Of a stretch of DNA of 64,000 bases, positions 26,069 through 41,884 are shown piece by piece (positions within the stretch are counted from its first letter, which is position 1; each line of letters starts with the position of its first letter). The notes beneath the pieces are model-generated. The model did no database searches. It had not been told where the DNA came from and saw only the letters and a program-made list of their open reading frames with translations. The stretch comes from the human T2T-CHM13v2.0 reference genome, Homo sapiens: positions 37,376,001 to 37,440,000 of the forward strand of contig CP068257.2 of assembly GCA_009914755.4 (NCBI GenBank). The letters are read 5' to 3'. Made by a program: the position numbers and the translations under genes.

Positions 26069-27098
26069 AAGTGTGTTCTAATGAAACCACGTTTATGGAT
26101 GCTAAAATGTAAACATATAATTTTCATGTTCCACAAAATATTGTTCTTCTTCTGATGTTTTCCCACACTATTAAAATATAATACTATGACTAGCTTGTGA
26201 GCCACATGAAAAGAGGCAGCAGGCTAGATTCGGGCTTTGGGCTGCAGTTCGCTGGCATCTGCTCTAGGGCCACTCTCTCAGTAACAAAAACGTGCATTCG
26301 CCTCTAATAACACGCATGTACATGTGACACTACTCAAACAGTGAGCAAGCTGAGACTGAAAAACGTATCAGTTGACACTCCAGAATGTTCTTGCTGAAAT
26401 CCTTCAGTGGATCATCTCATAAAGTCCTGGGAATGCACGCTGAGGCATCCAACCTAGAAAATGAGATGAGAAACTCCTGTAAGATTTGAGTGTTCTGTTA
26501 GCCCACCATCTCCAGAGATTAAATAAATAATAATAACTATGGTGCATTCAACATCTCAATCTGAGATGTTTTAGTAAAATGAAGGCATGCTCGCATGTAT
26601 TCACAAAGCCTAGAGGTGAGAAATAGAAAAGATCTCAGTATTTCAAATCTGAGTAGCGCTGTGCTTGTATCATTCAGCTCAAAATCTGCAGAAGCACTTA
26701 GACCAGTTAAAACTGTGCAATGCGGTCAAGCGTTCAAATATTTTATCTCGATCAAGAAGGAGGATGTGGGATGATGTGGGATGCCCTGCATCTTCCCCTC
26801 CCTTTTTTCCTGGAGGGTTTGAAGCCATCCCAATTCATTTTTTTCCAAAGTCTGACAATAACTCAGTGGGTCATCCCAGCCTTGGAACGAGCCATTCCTG
26901 GATGCCATGGAAATTGTCTATGGGGGATGCCTCCCCAGCTATCTTCTGCAGCCTACATCTGGACCAGTCAATAATCCGAACCCTCAGCTTTCTGGATGTG
27001 AATCTTTCCCCAGACTAGCTGAGAACTAGGGGTTACTCAAGAATGCACTAAACAATTCTTCCCCCACTACCCTGTACCTCCACAATCAAAAGTGTTAG

Positions 27099-27421
<323 letters not shown>

Positions 27422-27840
27422 TTAGGAATAAAGCCTGTCAAATCATCATTACTGCTCCTAAGCATCTCTGGGTGCTTCTGAAATTGCTGTTAGGCTATTT
27501 GCAAGACACTGAACATTCCAGAAAGTGTGCTAGAGCATTGAGAATTTCCCTCAGGGACTGTAGCTGCAGACCTTGCTCTCACATGCAAGGTGACCACGTG
27601 GCCTGCATGTTCCAGGACAGTGCCTGCTGCAAACAGTCTACCCCTTTACCTTTTACATAACTGTACTCACCGATCAGGAAAACAGACCTTGGTCAGACAG
27701 AAGCGATGGTCATAATCTCTCTGCAGATGGACTTCTAACTACATTTCTTCAAATTGCAACAAATGTAAATACAATCAGTCATACACACTCTATGCTACCA
27801 CCTTCTCCCATTTTAGGGTGTTGAAAGCCCAAATTAATCA

Positions 27841-28144
<304 letters not shown>

Positions 28145-29269
28145 TCACATGTGAAAACTTCTGGAGAGTCCAAAGACAAACACCATAGCTCATGGGCCAT
28201 TAAGACAATCTGTACAAACACTCAATGAACCAATATGAAGACAGAAATCCTGGTGAATTGTATATGTATTCCAGAAGATTAAAATCAGGAAGGCAAAGGA
28301 AAATGGAGAGCTGGCACTTGGCACCCATGAAAGACCCACTTTCCCTGCCCTACCAGGTGGCATTTCTCCTTCCCACCCTCAGGATCAGCCTGGCATCAGC
28401 GATTATCTCAGCCCACTGAGGCCTGGATGCTGCTGGCTGATTTTTGTCTCTGCAGTCAGGAGCCAACCACAGGCCTCCTGAACCTCCAGCACCCTGGCTC
28501 ACCCAGGACAACAACACAGATCAACTCCGAAATAAATTCCTCTCTGTTGTCCTGCAATGTGCTAATTGCCCATAATGAGCACATCATAATAATTAAGGAT
28601 GACTACGCCAAACCTTTGACTGAGGTAGCAATCCTTCACCCACAAATGGCAAGGCCTTTCCTAAATCTTAATTAAAGAGCACACCAGCCACCTGAGCTGA
28701 GGCAGAGTTCTCCCACTTTCGAGATGGGGAAAATGGAGGCTCAGGGTGGCAGGTTTCTTATTCTATTCCATAAGGCACACTTGTACATTTTAATTGGTTT
28801 AAATTAAGTGCTATACATAACCTATAAGGAGGTTGTTAAATAAATTGCTTAGCCGTTGCAAAGAATGATAGGTAGTTGTAAAAATTCATGTTTTGAAGAC
28901 ATGGGAAAATGCTTGTTATGGAATTTTAAGAGAAATTAAGAAAGATAAGTGTTGTATTTGTAGGACGGTCTTGGTCGAGTGTGAAAATACCCGTGCTGGT
29001 GTGTGTTTGTGTGTATCAAGAGTAGATCATAATGTTAACACGGGTTCGCAGTTTCTTGGGTGATTCAAGATGAATTTTCATGTTTTCTATACTTTTTTGT
29101 CATTTCCAGATTTTCTACAACAAACATTTAATCTTTTATAATAAGAAAAAGATACATGTTTTAAAGATTTTTAAAGGTATTTTACTTTTTTTAAAAAAAG
29201 ATATTTTAAAAGACTTTCCTATTCTGTTTTAAATCAGGCTCCTTGGCCCTCCCTTATTAACTCTTTAAA

Positions 29270-32200
29270 TGCATGCAGGACATTTGCTCGGCAGCCTTCT
29301 TCTCCTGGGTCACCTGTACTTGGGTTTGTGGTGAATTGTCAAGCATGTCATCGGGGTGGGACTCCTGCTTCAGGGGATGCCTCCCTGGAATTCACTCAGA
29401 GCGGTTGGGAATATCCAGCAAAGTCTGGGGATGCAATGTGTGGCCAAATCCCAGGTCTCCATCCAGAAGCCCCTGTGGCCCCTGCTCAGAGTCCATGGAG
29501 TGACCTTTGTGGCCACAGCTTTCCAGGAAACGGACGTGTGTGCCGGGCACCTCCTTCTCAGCCCACCCAGCTGTCTGGTGGTCAGCGAGAGGAGAAAAGG
29601 CAGCCCCAACATCAAAGACATAGCAACTGCCTGGTGACTTCCTCCCCGGCCAGCTGGAGGTGTCAGCTCGAGGCCGGACTCTGTTTCCTGCTGCCAGGGC
29701 AGCTGCTTCCCTCTTCCCTTCAACTCAGAGGTGAAAGGTTCGCACCATCTGCAAACGCCACCCTCCAGCATTTGACTCCCACACCCTAAACAAAACAGCA
29801 ACCAGACATCATGAGCCCAAACTGAAACCCACCCCCCACCCCAAGGATGGGCAATGTGGAGAGACCTTTGCCCACCAACAACATTTTCCCACTACACCCC
29901 AAAAGGAAGAAGCCATCCTCCCTTAAACGCCTTCCGATCTGACCCTGGATGCTCAGGCCGCTTGGCTGTTCCCGGGTGCAGGGTCAGGGACCCTGGGAGG
30001 CTCCGAGTTGCTCAATGCCTCTGAGCACAGGCTGACTCTCTTCACAGCAATCTGGGGAATTTGGGCTGTTCTGGGGTGGAGCTGGGGACAACGGTGTGTG
30101 TCGGGCAACAGCAGCGGCCTCGACTTGTTCTGGCTTTTGGCTCTGCAGGGAAATCCAGGCAGATTGGGACTGAGGAAGGCTGGGTGGGTGGGCAGGGCTG
30201 GTGGACATGGGGAGCAAGGTGGTGGGCCACCCCGTTGACAGACCTCTCCGGGAGAGAAGCCTGTTGGAGCTGGGCCTGGGCGCAAAGGGGGAGAGAGGGT
30301 GAGGCGCTCTGGGAGGGAGCCCTGAACACAAGCTGCGGGAGGGGGGAAGGGAGGAGGAAAGGGGACGGGCCTGGGTCCCCCTGTGGAGGGCTGAGCTGGG
30401 GACAGGCACAGAGCAGAAAGGAAGCCATCTACCCTTTAAAATGCCTTCAAAAAAATAATCCCAGGACTCCCTTGTACCTTCCAACTTGCCTGTCGGCATC
30501 TATTCAGTGTTTTTCGTGTGGCACTCAAAGAAGAGAAACACAGTCTGTGCCACGGCGGGCTGGCCAGCTGCGGGGAACCCTCCCATTTGGAGGGAAAATG
30601 AAGACTGCAGGATGCTGGAGAGAAACGTGGGGGCCTCCTGGCCAGCCCTCTTTTCCCCGGCTCCAGAAAGCACTATGAGAATTCCTCGAGCCCTCTCATG
30701 TTTATAGCTTCTGACCCACACCTGGCTGGTCTTCCAGGTGGGTCCAGTTCTTTCCTCTCTCCTAGCACCCACCCAGCCCCCAACACGCATCCCCAGGATC
30801 CCCCAATACCACGCCTCCAACTCCGCCTCTGGCGCCCTTAGGTTCCATGCGAGGGTTCCTCCGGCATGCGCCATGGAAGCTGTGGCTCAGGAAAGCCTCA
30901 TTCACATGCTTGGCAACCGCACACTGGAAAGCAGCCAGCAGCCCCAGGAGCCACACTTCACCTGATCCATCCACAAAATGGGCTGAACGGACCCAAGGCG
31001 AGAGAGCCAGGTCCAGCCGCCCAGCTGGCCAGACCTGTGCACTCGCTAGGGCACGATGTCAGTCATAGCCTCGACTGTTGTTAATCCCACAGACAGGTGG
31101 CTTTTGGTCCCAAATTTGTGACAGGCACGAATCACGGAGCTGGGAATCCGGAAGACTTGGATTCCCACCTCGCTTCTGGCTCCCGATGCTGTGGAACTAT
31201 AATTCAGCCTCCACTTCCTCATTTATCAGAAGTTGTTGATGAGATGCCTTGGAAATTCTTGCCAACTGTAAAATCAAAGAGATGGCAAGGACAAACCACG
31301 TGCCTTCAGAAAGTGCTTCCCCAGGCACCTGCATGCTCACTCTCTTACCCATGTCTCCACCCCTAATCCCTCCAATGCCCCAGGAGGGGGCTGGGTGAGT
31401 GTTGGGTGGCAGTGAGACCCAGTCACCCAGCTGGTGAGCAGGTGAGCCAAGACCACACCCAGGGCCGCCGTCCTACCTCCCAGTCAATCATGCATATGGG
31501 AGATAGATAAAGCCCTAAATGCTCATTTGGAGCTGCTTGAGAAGAGAATATAATTCATGGGCCAAAGATACAGAAATGTCTTTCCCAGTGGGAGGCAAGC
31601 CGGTGGCACCTGCTCTCCAGGGCCTAACACCCTCATTTCCGCCTCTCCGGTACCTGATGCTATCAGAGGATTGACTCCCTCTAAAGGCCAACCTGAGACC
31701 TTCACTCAGCTCAAAATGTGGTTCAGGGAGAGAAACTAACAAAAGGGAATGGGAGTGGGGGGAAGAAAAATCATCTTTTTCTGCCACCAAAGAACAGCTG
31801 CAAACATAGAGAACGTGAAGTAGCCGGGAAGTCGTCGTGGCTGGTGTGAATTCAGTCCCAGGGGAATCGGCCGCACTGAAGTGCTGAGCGAACGCTGCCC
31901 AGAGAAAGGCAAGCCCAGCGAAAAGGCAGGCCCCTCCCAAGGTCAAGGCTTCCTCGATTCGGAGGCAGCCTTCCATCGCAAACTGCACCCCCGCCCACAG
32001 TGTCAGGCTGCAGCGTCAGGAACAAAACCAGCAGCCCAGAGTTGATGAGGCGCAGGCGGTGCCCAGGCCCATGGGAGGGTTAATTAAGGCCGCCCTGAGC
32101 TGCATACCTGAGTCTCAACACTTGGGCTGAACTGCAGACCTGAGTGCCGAGGACATGGGGCCAAAAGCCGAGAAGGAATGTGAGGCTGCCCACGCGGCCA

Positions 32201-32400
32201 TCTTGGCCGGCAGCCACGGCTGACCTGGAGGGGTGAAGGCCTGGGATGCCATTCCTCCACAGAAGACTGCATTAGCCAGGGCTGGAGGAACGCCAAGGCC
32301 ATGACCCACAGAAGCCCATGAGAGGCTGAGGCCCAGCCCGGCCCATCTTCTCAAGCCTGGCTTGACCCCCACCTGTGACATCCTGCTTGGTCCCGGAATC
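29270..32400. other. GC-rich compositional block (local isochore-like shift) producing many overlapping chance ORFs on both strands
   Basis: Seen directly: G+C is clearly higher than in the flanks. Six-frame ORFs cluster here on both strands and overlap one another (29328-29789, 29370-29801, 29984-30499, 30042-30428, 30061-30678, 30500-30874, 31515-31988), which is typical of stop-codon-poor GC-rich DNA. Confidence 0.6.
31830..32110. promoter_or_regulatory. Weak CpG-island-like segment
   Basis: I counted about 17 CpG in ~330 bp (gccgggaagtcgtcgtgg, atcggccgc, gagcgaacgc, cagcg, ctcgattcgg, atcgc, ccgcc, cagcgtc, ggcgcaggcgg, gccgcc). Observed/expected is about 0.6 by rough hand count, so borderline. 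Confidence 0.3.
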
Positions 32401-32469
32401 AGTGTGATGTGATCAGGAAAGGCGAATTTCTGCTGTGTATTTGACAGAATATCAACTCAGAGTCCCTGG

Positions 32470-33046
32470 GGCTGCCACAACAAAGTAACACAAACCAGGA
32501 GGCTTAAAACAACGGAAATGTATTGTCTCACCTTTCTGGAGGCAAGAAGTCCAAAATCAAGGCTGCTGTCCCTCTGAGACTCCAGACAGAGCCCCCCTTG
32601 CCTCCTCTAGCTTCCGATGGTGACCATCAACCCTTGGCACTCCTCAGCTGGCAGCTGCATCGCTCCACTCGCTGCCTCCATCGTCACACTCCATGTGTGT
32701 CTATGTCTCCAAATCACATTTTCCTCTACCTATAAGGACCAGCCATATTACAATGGGATCCCACCCTAATAACCTCCTCTTTACTTGATCACAACCACAA
32801 AGACCCTATCTCAGCATCACTCCAATCTCTGCCTTCATTGTCACAATCCATGTGTGTCTGTGTCTCCACGTCACATTTTCCTCTACTTACAAGAACAAGC
32901 CATATTAGATTGGGATGCACCCTAATGACCACCTCAACCTGCTTACATCTGCAAAGACCCTATCTCCAAATAAGTGCTCGTTTCCAAACACCAGGGGTTG
33001 GAACTTAAACACATCTTTTTGAGGGACACAATTTGACCCACAACAG
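32470..33046 (+). mobile_element. Ancient L1M-type 3'-terminal repeat copy carrying an internal ~160-bp tandem duplication
   Basis: ggcttaaaacaacggaaatgtattgtctcacctttctggaggcaagaagtccaaaatcaaggctg...ataaggaccagccatattacaatgggatcccaccctaata...gagggacacaatttgacccacaacag. The segment at 32664-32822 is repeated at 32823-32980 (ccatgtgtgtct(a/g)tgtctcca...cacattttcctctac...agccatatta...accctaat...caaagaccctatctc). Confidence 0.5.
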
Positions 33047-33461
33047 AATCCTAACACTTGGGCTGAAAAGAAAGAAAAACGTCACAGCTCAAAAATCTTT
33101 ATAAAATAAGCATTATTGTTTAAAAATATAGAGAAATAGCCTGAAGATACATCATCTGGAGCTTTCATTTGTTGGACTATTATGCAGTCACTGAAAACTA
33201 TTATTCAGAGACAATGGGATGAGGTGACAATATATTTCTAACAATCTTAAGTGATACCTATGGTGGTGATGATGTGAAAACGTCACATGAATAATGAGGC
33301 CAGGGTGGGGAGATGAAACTGCTGTGGGGGAGTTGGGAGATTATGGACAATTTTTCTCATTATATTTTTTATCTTAAACTTCTTTGTATTTAATATTTAT
33401 TTATATATTTATTTTTAAATTAATATTAATTAAGTGTATATTTGTATTTAAATATTTTTAA

Positions 33462-33873
<412 letters not shown>

Positions 33874-33957
33874 TAGTTTTCTAAGTGCACATTAGGCGAA
33901 ACATACATCCCTTCCACCTCTGAGGGCAGCTGGGGTACTGACACAGCTGAAATGAAT

Positions 33958-34378
33958 GTGTTAGGCCATTTTTGCATTGCCATAAAGAAATATCTGAGGC
34001 TGGATAACTTTAAAAAAAAAAAAAAAAAGAGGTTTATTTAGCTCACAGTTCTGCAGGCTGTACAGGAAGTGTGATGCCAGCATCTGCTCAGCTTCTGGGG
34101 AGGCCTCTGGGAGCTCTCACTCATGGTGGAAAGCAAGGGGGTGGGGTACACACATCACACTCGAGAGCAGGAGCATGAGAGAAAACGGGAGGTCCCAGAC
34201 ACTTTTGAACAACCAGATCTCACGTGAAATGAGTGAGAACTCGCTCATCACCAAGGGAATGGTGCTAAGTCATTCATGAGGATCCACCGCCATGACCCAA
34301 CACCTCCCACCAGGCCCCACCTCCAACATCTGGGATCGAATTTCAGCATGAGATTTGGAAGGGGCGAACATCCAAACA
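33958..34378 (-). mobile_element. ERVL-MaLR LTR (MST/THE1-like)
   Basis: tgttaggccatttttgcattgccataaagaaatatctgaggctggataactt[A18]gaggtttatttagctcacagttctgcaggctgtacaggaag...cacttttgaacaaccagatctcacgtgaa...ccaccaggccccacctccaacatctgggatcgaatttcagcatgagatttggaagggg is the reverse complement of the MaLR LTR. An A-run replaces part of the sequence. Confidence 0.65.
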
Positions 34379-35300
34379 GTAGCAATGTCCTAAGGATGCA
34401 ACCCCCCCACCCCCCGGAGAACTCTACGGCATTCTAATGAAACGGTTCGCCCTTCATGTTATTACAGAGCAAGGCTGCATTTCCATCATTGTCCTTTTAA
34501 ATGCTTAAGTGAGCCCAGTTACCAATCAATACTACTGACAACAGGAAGAGGAAAAGAAGGAAGAATCAGCGATACAAAGAGCACAAAGTCAAAATGAGTC
34601 CAACCACTGGACATGGGTGTCACTGGCAGAAACTTCCAGAAGCTTGGTTCAACATTACCTGCCACAGGCTCAACCTTAAGGCTTTGAGCTGATACAAGAA
34701 CTCCAAGAATTGTTTCCTGGCACAATTTCACTCATTTGCCAAGTTCTACAGCGTGGGAACCTGCAAAGCCTCCCCATCTCATCACCACTACGTGACCCAT
34801 TCGTTCCACACTGGCCTACGGGGCGTCCATCCAGGGAGGCGTGTAGCTGTGGCCAGGATGCAGCAGAGGACATCTCGGAGTCCCTGCCCTCATGGGCTCC
34901 TGGGACTGTGAAGGGGACAGTCAACAAACAGAAGAGTGCTGGGAGTGTCAAGAGGTGATGATCGCCCAGAGGAAAAGACAAGGTGAGAGGGGAGCCCAGC
35001 CCAGGGTCGAGTTCTCGGGGGCGGGACGTTTGCACAAAGATGCTGTGAAGTGTGGGGGGAGCAAGCATTCCTGTACTCAGGGGACAGAATGTCTCATCCA
35101 AAAAGGACCAGCAGGTGCTTCCAGGAACATCAAGAAGCAGGTGTGTCTGGGGCAGAGCAAGTGAGCAAGAGACAGGAGGAAAGAGGCCAGAGGGAGGCTG
35201 GGGCCAGAACAGTCAGGGCCTGGAAGCAAAGGTCCAGACTCCAGATTTTATTCTTCGTGAGAAGGGGGCCGCTGCAGGGCTTTGAGAAGGCAGTGTCACT

Positions 35301-35592
35301 TTTTTTTTTTTTTAAATAGAGTCTTGCTCTGTCACCCAGGCTGGAGTGCAGTGGCATGATCTCAGCTCACTGCAACCTCTGACTCCTGGGTTCAAGTGAT
35401 TCCCCTGCGTCAGACTCCCAAGTAGCTAGGACCACAGCTACATGCCACCACGCCCAGCTTATTTTTGTATTTTTAGAGACGGGGTTTCACTATGTTGGCC
35501 AGGCTGGTTTCAAACTCCTGACTTCAGGTGATCCTCCAGCCTTGGCTTCCCAAAGGGCTGGGATTACATGTGTGAGCAACCGAAACCAACCA
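35301..35592 (-). mobile_element. Alu SINE
   Basis: Poly(T) then aaatagagtcttgctctgtcacccaggctggagtgcagtggcatgatctcagctcactgcaacctctgactcctgggttcaagtgattc...ttcccaaagggctgggattacatgtgtgagcaaccgaaacc. Confidence 0.9.
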
Positions 35593-36184
35593 GCAGTGTC
35601 ACCTTTAAAGGGATATCTCTGGATGCTGTGTAGAGAACAGCTGGGGTATGGTACCCAGAGTGAGGAAGGGGCCAGGGCAATAGCTGTGGGGTTGCTGAGA
35701 GGGGGCAGACTCTGGACAATTGTTGAGGGATTTGCACAGAGCATGCCAGGATTCAACAAGCCCAGCATGTCCACCTTTGGAGCCAGGACCCCAGGGGAGC
35801 CACAGCAGGGCCAGAGCAGAGGAGAGAGAAGACACACTGGGATCCATCAGCACCTCTGCCTCCATCCATTGATTTTCTGAGACTCACACTAGTTCCTCTT
35901 GAGGGGTTGTTATGTAAAATACAGGATGCCCCACTAAATTTGAATTGCAGATCAACAGTGGATAATTTTTTAGGCATAAGTATTTCCCATGCAATACATG
36001 GGATATGGTTACACTGAAAATTTGCTATGATTGATCTGCATTCAACTTTAAATAGAAGTTCTGTTATTTTGTTTGTTAAATGGGCCAAGTTCTATCAGAA
36101 CTCCCCAAAAAAGGAGACTCTGGAAAATGTATTCCCAGCTTGACCAAGACAGAGCTCCTGTCCCCAGGAACTGACAAAAACAAC

Positions 36185-36600
36185 CACTACCAACACTGAG
36201 TGCTTACCATGCACCCAGCACTGTGCCCACATGTTCAGCACTTCATCTAATTCCACAGCCCAGAGGATTACATTTTATTACTACTGGTTTGCAGATGAGA
36301 AAACTGAGGTTCACAAAGATACGCCAACTTACCAAAATTACACAGGTGGGCATAATAATAGCTAACACTTACACAGCACATGTAAGCTCAGGCATGGATC
36401 TAAATGGATCTCACTTAATCCTTTTTCACAGCTCTATGAGACAGGAACTGTTATTGAACCCATTTTACAGATAAGGAAACTAAATCGTATTGGTGTTAAG
36501 TGGCCCAGTCAGGATTTGAACCCAGGCAGTGTGGCTGCAGAATCTGTGCTCTTACCTAGCATCTTAAACTACCACTGAACCACTTCTGAGGCCACCTCCC
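36185..36600 (-). mobile_element. Two adjacent MIR SINE copies
   Basis: gagtgcttaccatgcacccagcactgtgcccacatgttcagcac...tttgcagatgagaaaactgaggttcacaaag, then cccattttacagataaggaaactaaatcgtattggtgttaagtggcccagtcaggatttgaacccaggcagtgtggctgcagaatctgtgctcttacctagcatcttaaactaccactgaaccac. Both are reverse complements of the MIR consensus. Confidence 0.55.
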
Positions 36601-36887
36601 CACTCTTAATGAAACAACATTAATGCACAAGAAACACTCAGAGAGTCCTAGTGGCAGGAATGGGGCAAACTGACAACAGAGGAGATGGAAATCATTGAGG
36701 ATTGGGGGAACCTAGGGAGGGTTCATGGAGGAGGAGGCAGACAAGTAGGATATCTGAACAGTTGGAAGATGTGGCAAAAGGGAGGCTGACTAAACACCCA
36801 TGTTAGGAACTATAAATACATGAAGTAAATATCACTGATTACTGAGTTCTTCATATAAGCCAGGTGCTGTACTAAGCTTAGAATTTA

Positions 36888-37316
<429 letters not shown>

Positions 37317-39397
37317 CTAAAGTCAAAACAGGCACTTGCAGAATGGCTGGATTCAACAAGGTCATCATGGCTTCTGAAAGAAACAGAGCAAGGGGATTTG
37401 CTCTGAGAAATACAGCCTCCATCTCAGAACCCTGCAAAGATGCCCTCCCTGGCTGTCTGAGCAGCCTTTGCTGTCAGGCCCTGTTGGCAGAGGAAAAGTG
37501 AGCCGCCTGCCCTGGGTCAGGGAGAGCTGCAGCCCCCTCCTTGGGCAGAGATTTCACCCAACAGAGAAAACCTGGGTGGAAAATTGCATCCAGGAAGAAT
37601 AGAGGAAAGACAAAGGAAATGGCTGCCTTCTCCCCTGGGCACCCGCCCCCACGGCCACCACCTCTGTTGCTCACAACTTTATCCATTCCTTTCCTTGGGA
37701 ATCCACGGGTGTTCCAAGAGCTCTTTAGTGCAGTGCTTCAGAGCTTTGACTTTAGGGCAAGATTTGGCCACTGTGAGCAATCTGATGACTCCGTTTCTGT
37801 TTCTAAAAACCTTCAGGAGGCAAATGCAGAAATAAGTACAAAAAAAGTGAGCAAACCTAGAGAAAACCTGCCAGCCTGGAAGAGAGAATGGATGTGCCTA
37901 TGGGCAAGGCCATCCATACGCATGATGACCAGGCTAACTGTGAATCACAGATTAGAACTGGGGCAGCTCTGGGTGTTAGAATGCAACGTGGAAGCATTAA
38001 TGAATCCCAGCATTCAGCTGGGATTCCAGAAAAATGGAGTTTGGCAGATGCAGACTCCTTGTCTAAGACTTCTTTTAGGAGCCCTCCTTGCGTTGTGGTA
38101 TCTTCTATTTGCTCCATCAGCCCTGGGCTCTCAGTGATTGGAGGGGTCTGTGTGAGTGGTTCCAGACCAGCTCAGTATGTTACTAGGTTGTATTATCAAG
38201 TAGAAGCCTGCAGCTTCTGTAGCAGTCTCTGTGCTTTTTCTCGATAGTGAGCTATGATTAGGGTGAGCTCAGAGCTGAAAGTCAAACAGAAATGCAGATG
38301 GAACCAATCAGCCTCAGATTCCAAAGCAGCTGATAAAAGCATAACATACCAAAAAGAATGTTGGTCGCACAGGAAGGAAGCCATAGCCCCTTGCCGTCTG
38401 CATTAGGGAGGATTTTAACTTTTTGCTAGTTAATTTTGTAATTTTTAAAATCTTGTATAAGATTGTGCACCATTTGAAATAAGAAAAAAATCTTTAAAAA
38501 AATTTTTTTAAAGGAGATAAAGATAATGAAAGAAAGGAGCCTTGAGGACAGTAATTGCCAAACCATACTGCTGAGTTCAATGCCTGGGTGACAGACATTT
38601 TACCTGCAAAACACATAAGGTTTTCCTTCTTAGTAAACTCATGCAGGCTTTACTATTAAAACACAGAAGCACTATCGCAGGAAGGACATTGACATAAAGT
38701 GCTTTCAGGGCCCTTGAAGCACGGACTTTAATCAATTTTCCTGTGTCTACTGAAGGAGGCTTCAGCTCTTTGGTTTAAAATAACCCAGTGGATGGCCCTT
38801 AATTTCAGAAATTGTTCTATGCAGTTTTTTTCTCAGCAGGATGCAGAAAGCAATCCCCACTGTGGCTGAGAGGAGAGCGGGCCTGGTGGGCTCCACTCAG
38901 TGGCAGCCAGTGGTCACTTCTGGATCGGTTCCTGGCTGGGGTCCATTGTCCTGACCTGCTGGTCCCACACCCCACAGAGGAAAGTTGCTATTAATACCCT
39001 CTTCAGGTCCCTGCAGGAAGCTCGGCCTTCTCCAGATGCCACTTAGGAGTCAATCCTTGTTCCAAAGAAAGAGAGCATAGAATGCAAACTTGTGTCAGGT
39101 TGAAGAGGCTGGGGACAGGGGCATCCCAGGCTGCTCATCCACAGGTCATCGTCACTCGGCTCCTAAAGAGTACATCGTCGTGGAGGAAGGACAGACAGAA
39201 AACATGATCTGCTGGCTCCAGACCCACACCTCGCTGGCCCCTCTGGCCTCTCCCATCACTCACCTGCAGGGCAACCGCCTCCAGCCCTCACCTGCATTCC
39301 TGGGATTCCTGCAGCTACATCCTCCCTGGTCTCCCAGCTCTGCTCTTTTGAGCCTCCACATGGGGCCCAGAGATATTCTTTCATGAAGTGAGTCAGG

Positions 39398-40144
<747 letters not shown>

Positions 40145-40744
40145 TTTTTTTTTAAAGTAAGCCAGAGCATGACAACACCTAGCATAAAACCGACCAGACC
40201 AGAGGCTCCCCCACCTCACCCTAAAGCCTCACCATGACCTACGCGATTCTCCCAGTGTGCTCTCATGCCTGGCCACTTCCCCGGCACCTCCTACCTCCAC
40301 TGTTCTGTCCCCATGCTCTTCAGCCATGCTGGCTTCCTTGCTGAACCTTGAACTGCCCAAATACACTGCTGACTTGGGGTCTTGGCGTAAGCCATTCCGT
40401 TTGCTAGAAACATCTTCCCTGGGTCTTCCCACTGCTTCCTCACTCCATCAGGCCTCATCTCAGAAGCCACCTTCTCTCACACGCTGGGCTAAAATGCCTC
40501 CCTCCCCTGGCCCACTGCTCTGCTGTCTGGCCTCCTTCCTTTTCTCTTGGCAACACCCCTCCTGAACTCATACACTTGTTCACTAATGTATGTGGTTGTT
40601 TAGAGTCTGTCTCCTGCACAGCAGGTCAGCTCCGCGAGAGCAGGGACCAGGTCTGGTTTTGTCCACTGCAGTATCTCAGTAACCAGGACAGTTCCTGGTA
40701 CACAGTGCTGAATAGATCCAGTGACATAGCATCGTTTATGTCTA

Positions 40745-41134
<390 letters not shown>

Positions 41135-41884
41135 CTACTACAAGAGACTCATAGACACAATGTTATGGGGTTTAAATAAAGGAAAAGCTTTTCTACCTTG
41201 GCATGAGGGGGGCTCAGGGTAGAATGGAAGCCAAGGTGTGTGGCTAGGTAGTCCCTGGGCTGGGGCAGGACACAAGAAGGAATTCATTCGCTCAGGCAGC
41301 AAGGGAGCGTGATGCTTCCCTGTGCCCTTGCTGACCCTCATGATCGTCTTTAAAGCTGACCAATTATATTAGGTGACAGTGGCATTTTGTATTAATTAAC
41401 GCTTCTTTGATTGTTAGTGAGGTTGACTGTTTTTCACATGTATATATTAATCATTTCTATTCATTCTTATAGTTATCTGTAATTGTGTTCATTGCCCATT
41501 TTTCCACTGGATGTTTGCAGTTTGTTAATTTGTTGAAAGTGTTCCTTATTAAGACACTGATGCTTACACACACATTTATATACACGTGATACAAATATAT
41601 AGCATATATAGCAAATTGAAATTTCTGGTTTATTATTTACCTTTTCATTTTAACATCATCTTTAGATATGTAGTCAAATTCTTTTTTTATGCTGTTCTTT
41701 TTGCTTCTATATCTAGAAATGTCTTAACTCTAAAAATAGATCAGTATTTATCTTTTTTGTAACTGTTTTTATAATGCAAGAGTATAGAAGATGACACTTT
41801 TACTTATAAGTAATAACTTTTATACTTGTGGAATTAATTTTGTTACATAGAAGAGCCATATGTACCAAGAATCTTTTAAAAATT

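Noticed and set aside
29328-31988. A cluster of 120-205-aa ORFs on both strands in the GC-rich block, e.g. 30061-30678 (205 aa) and 29984-30499 (171 aa)
   Set aside because: The ORFs overlap one another on opposite strands and in different frames, the hallmark of stop-codon-poor GC-rich DNA. The translated proteins are Pro/Gly/Arg/Ala-rich low complexity with no recognisable family.
37541-38137. The 198-aa + ORF in unique sequence
   Set aside because: No known domain is evident. The surrounding sequence shows no splice-site-bounded exon structure that I can verify by eye, so I treat it as a chance ORF pending blastx.
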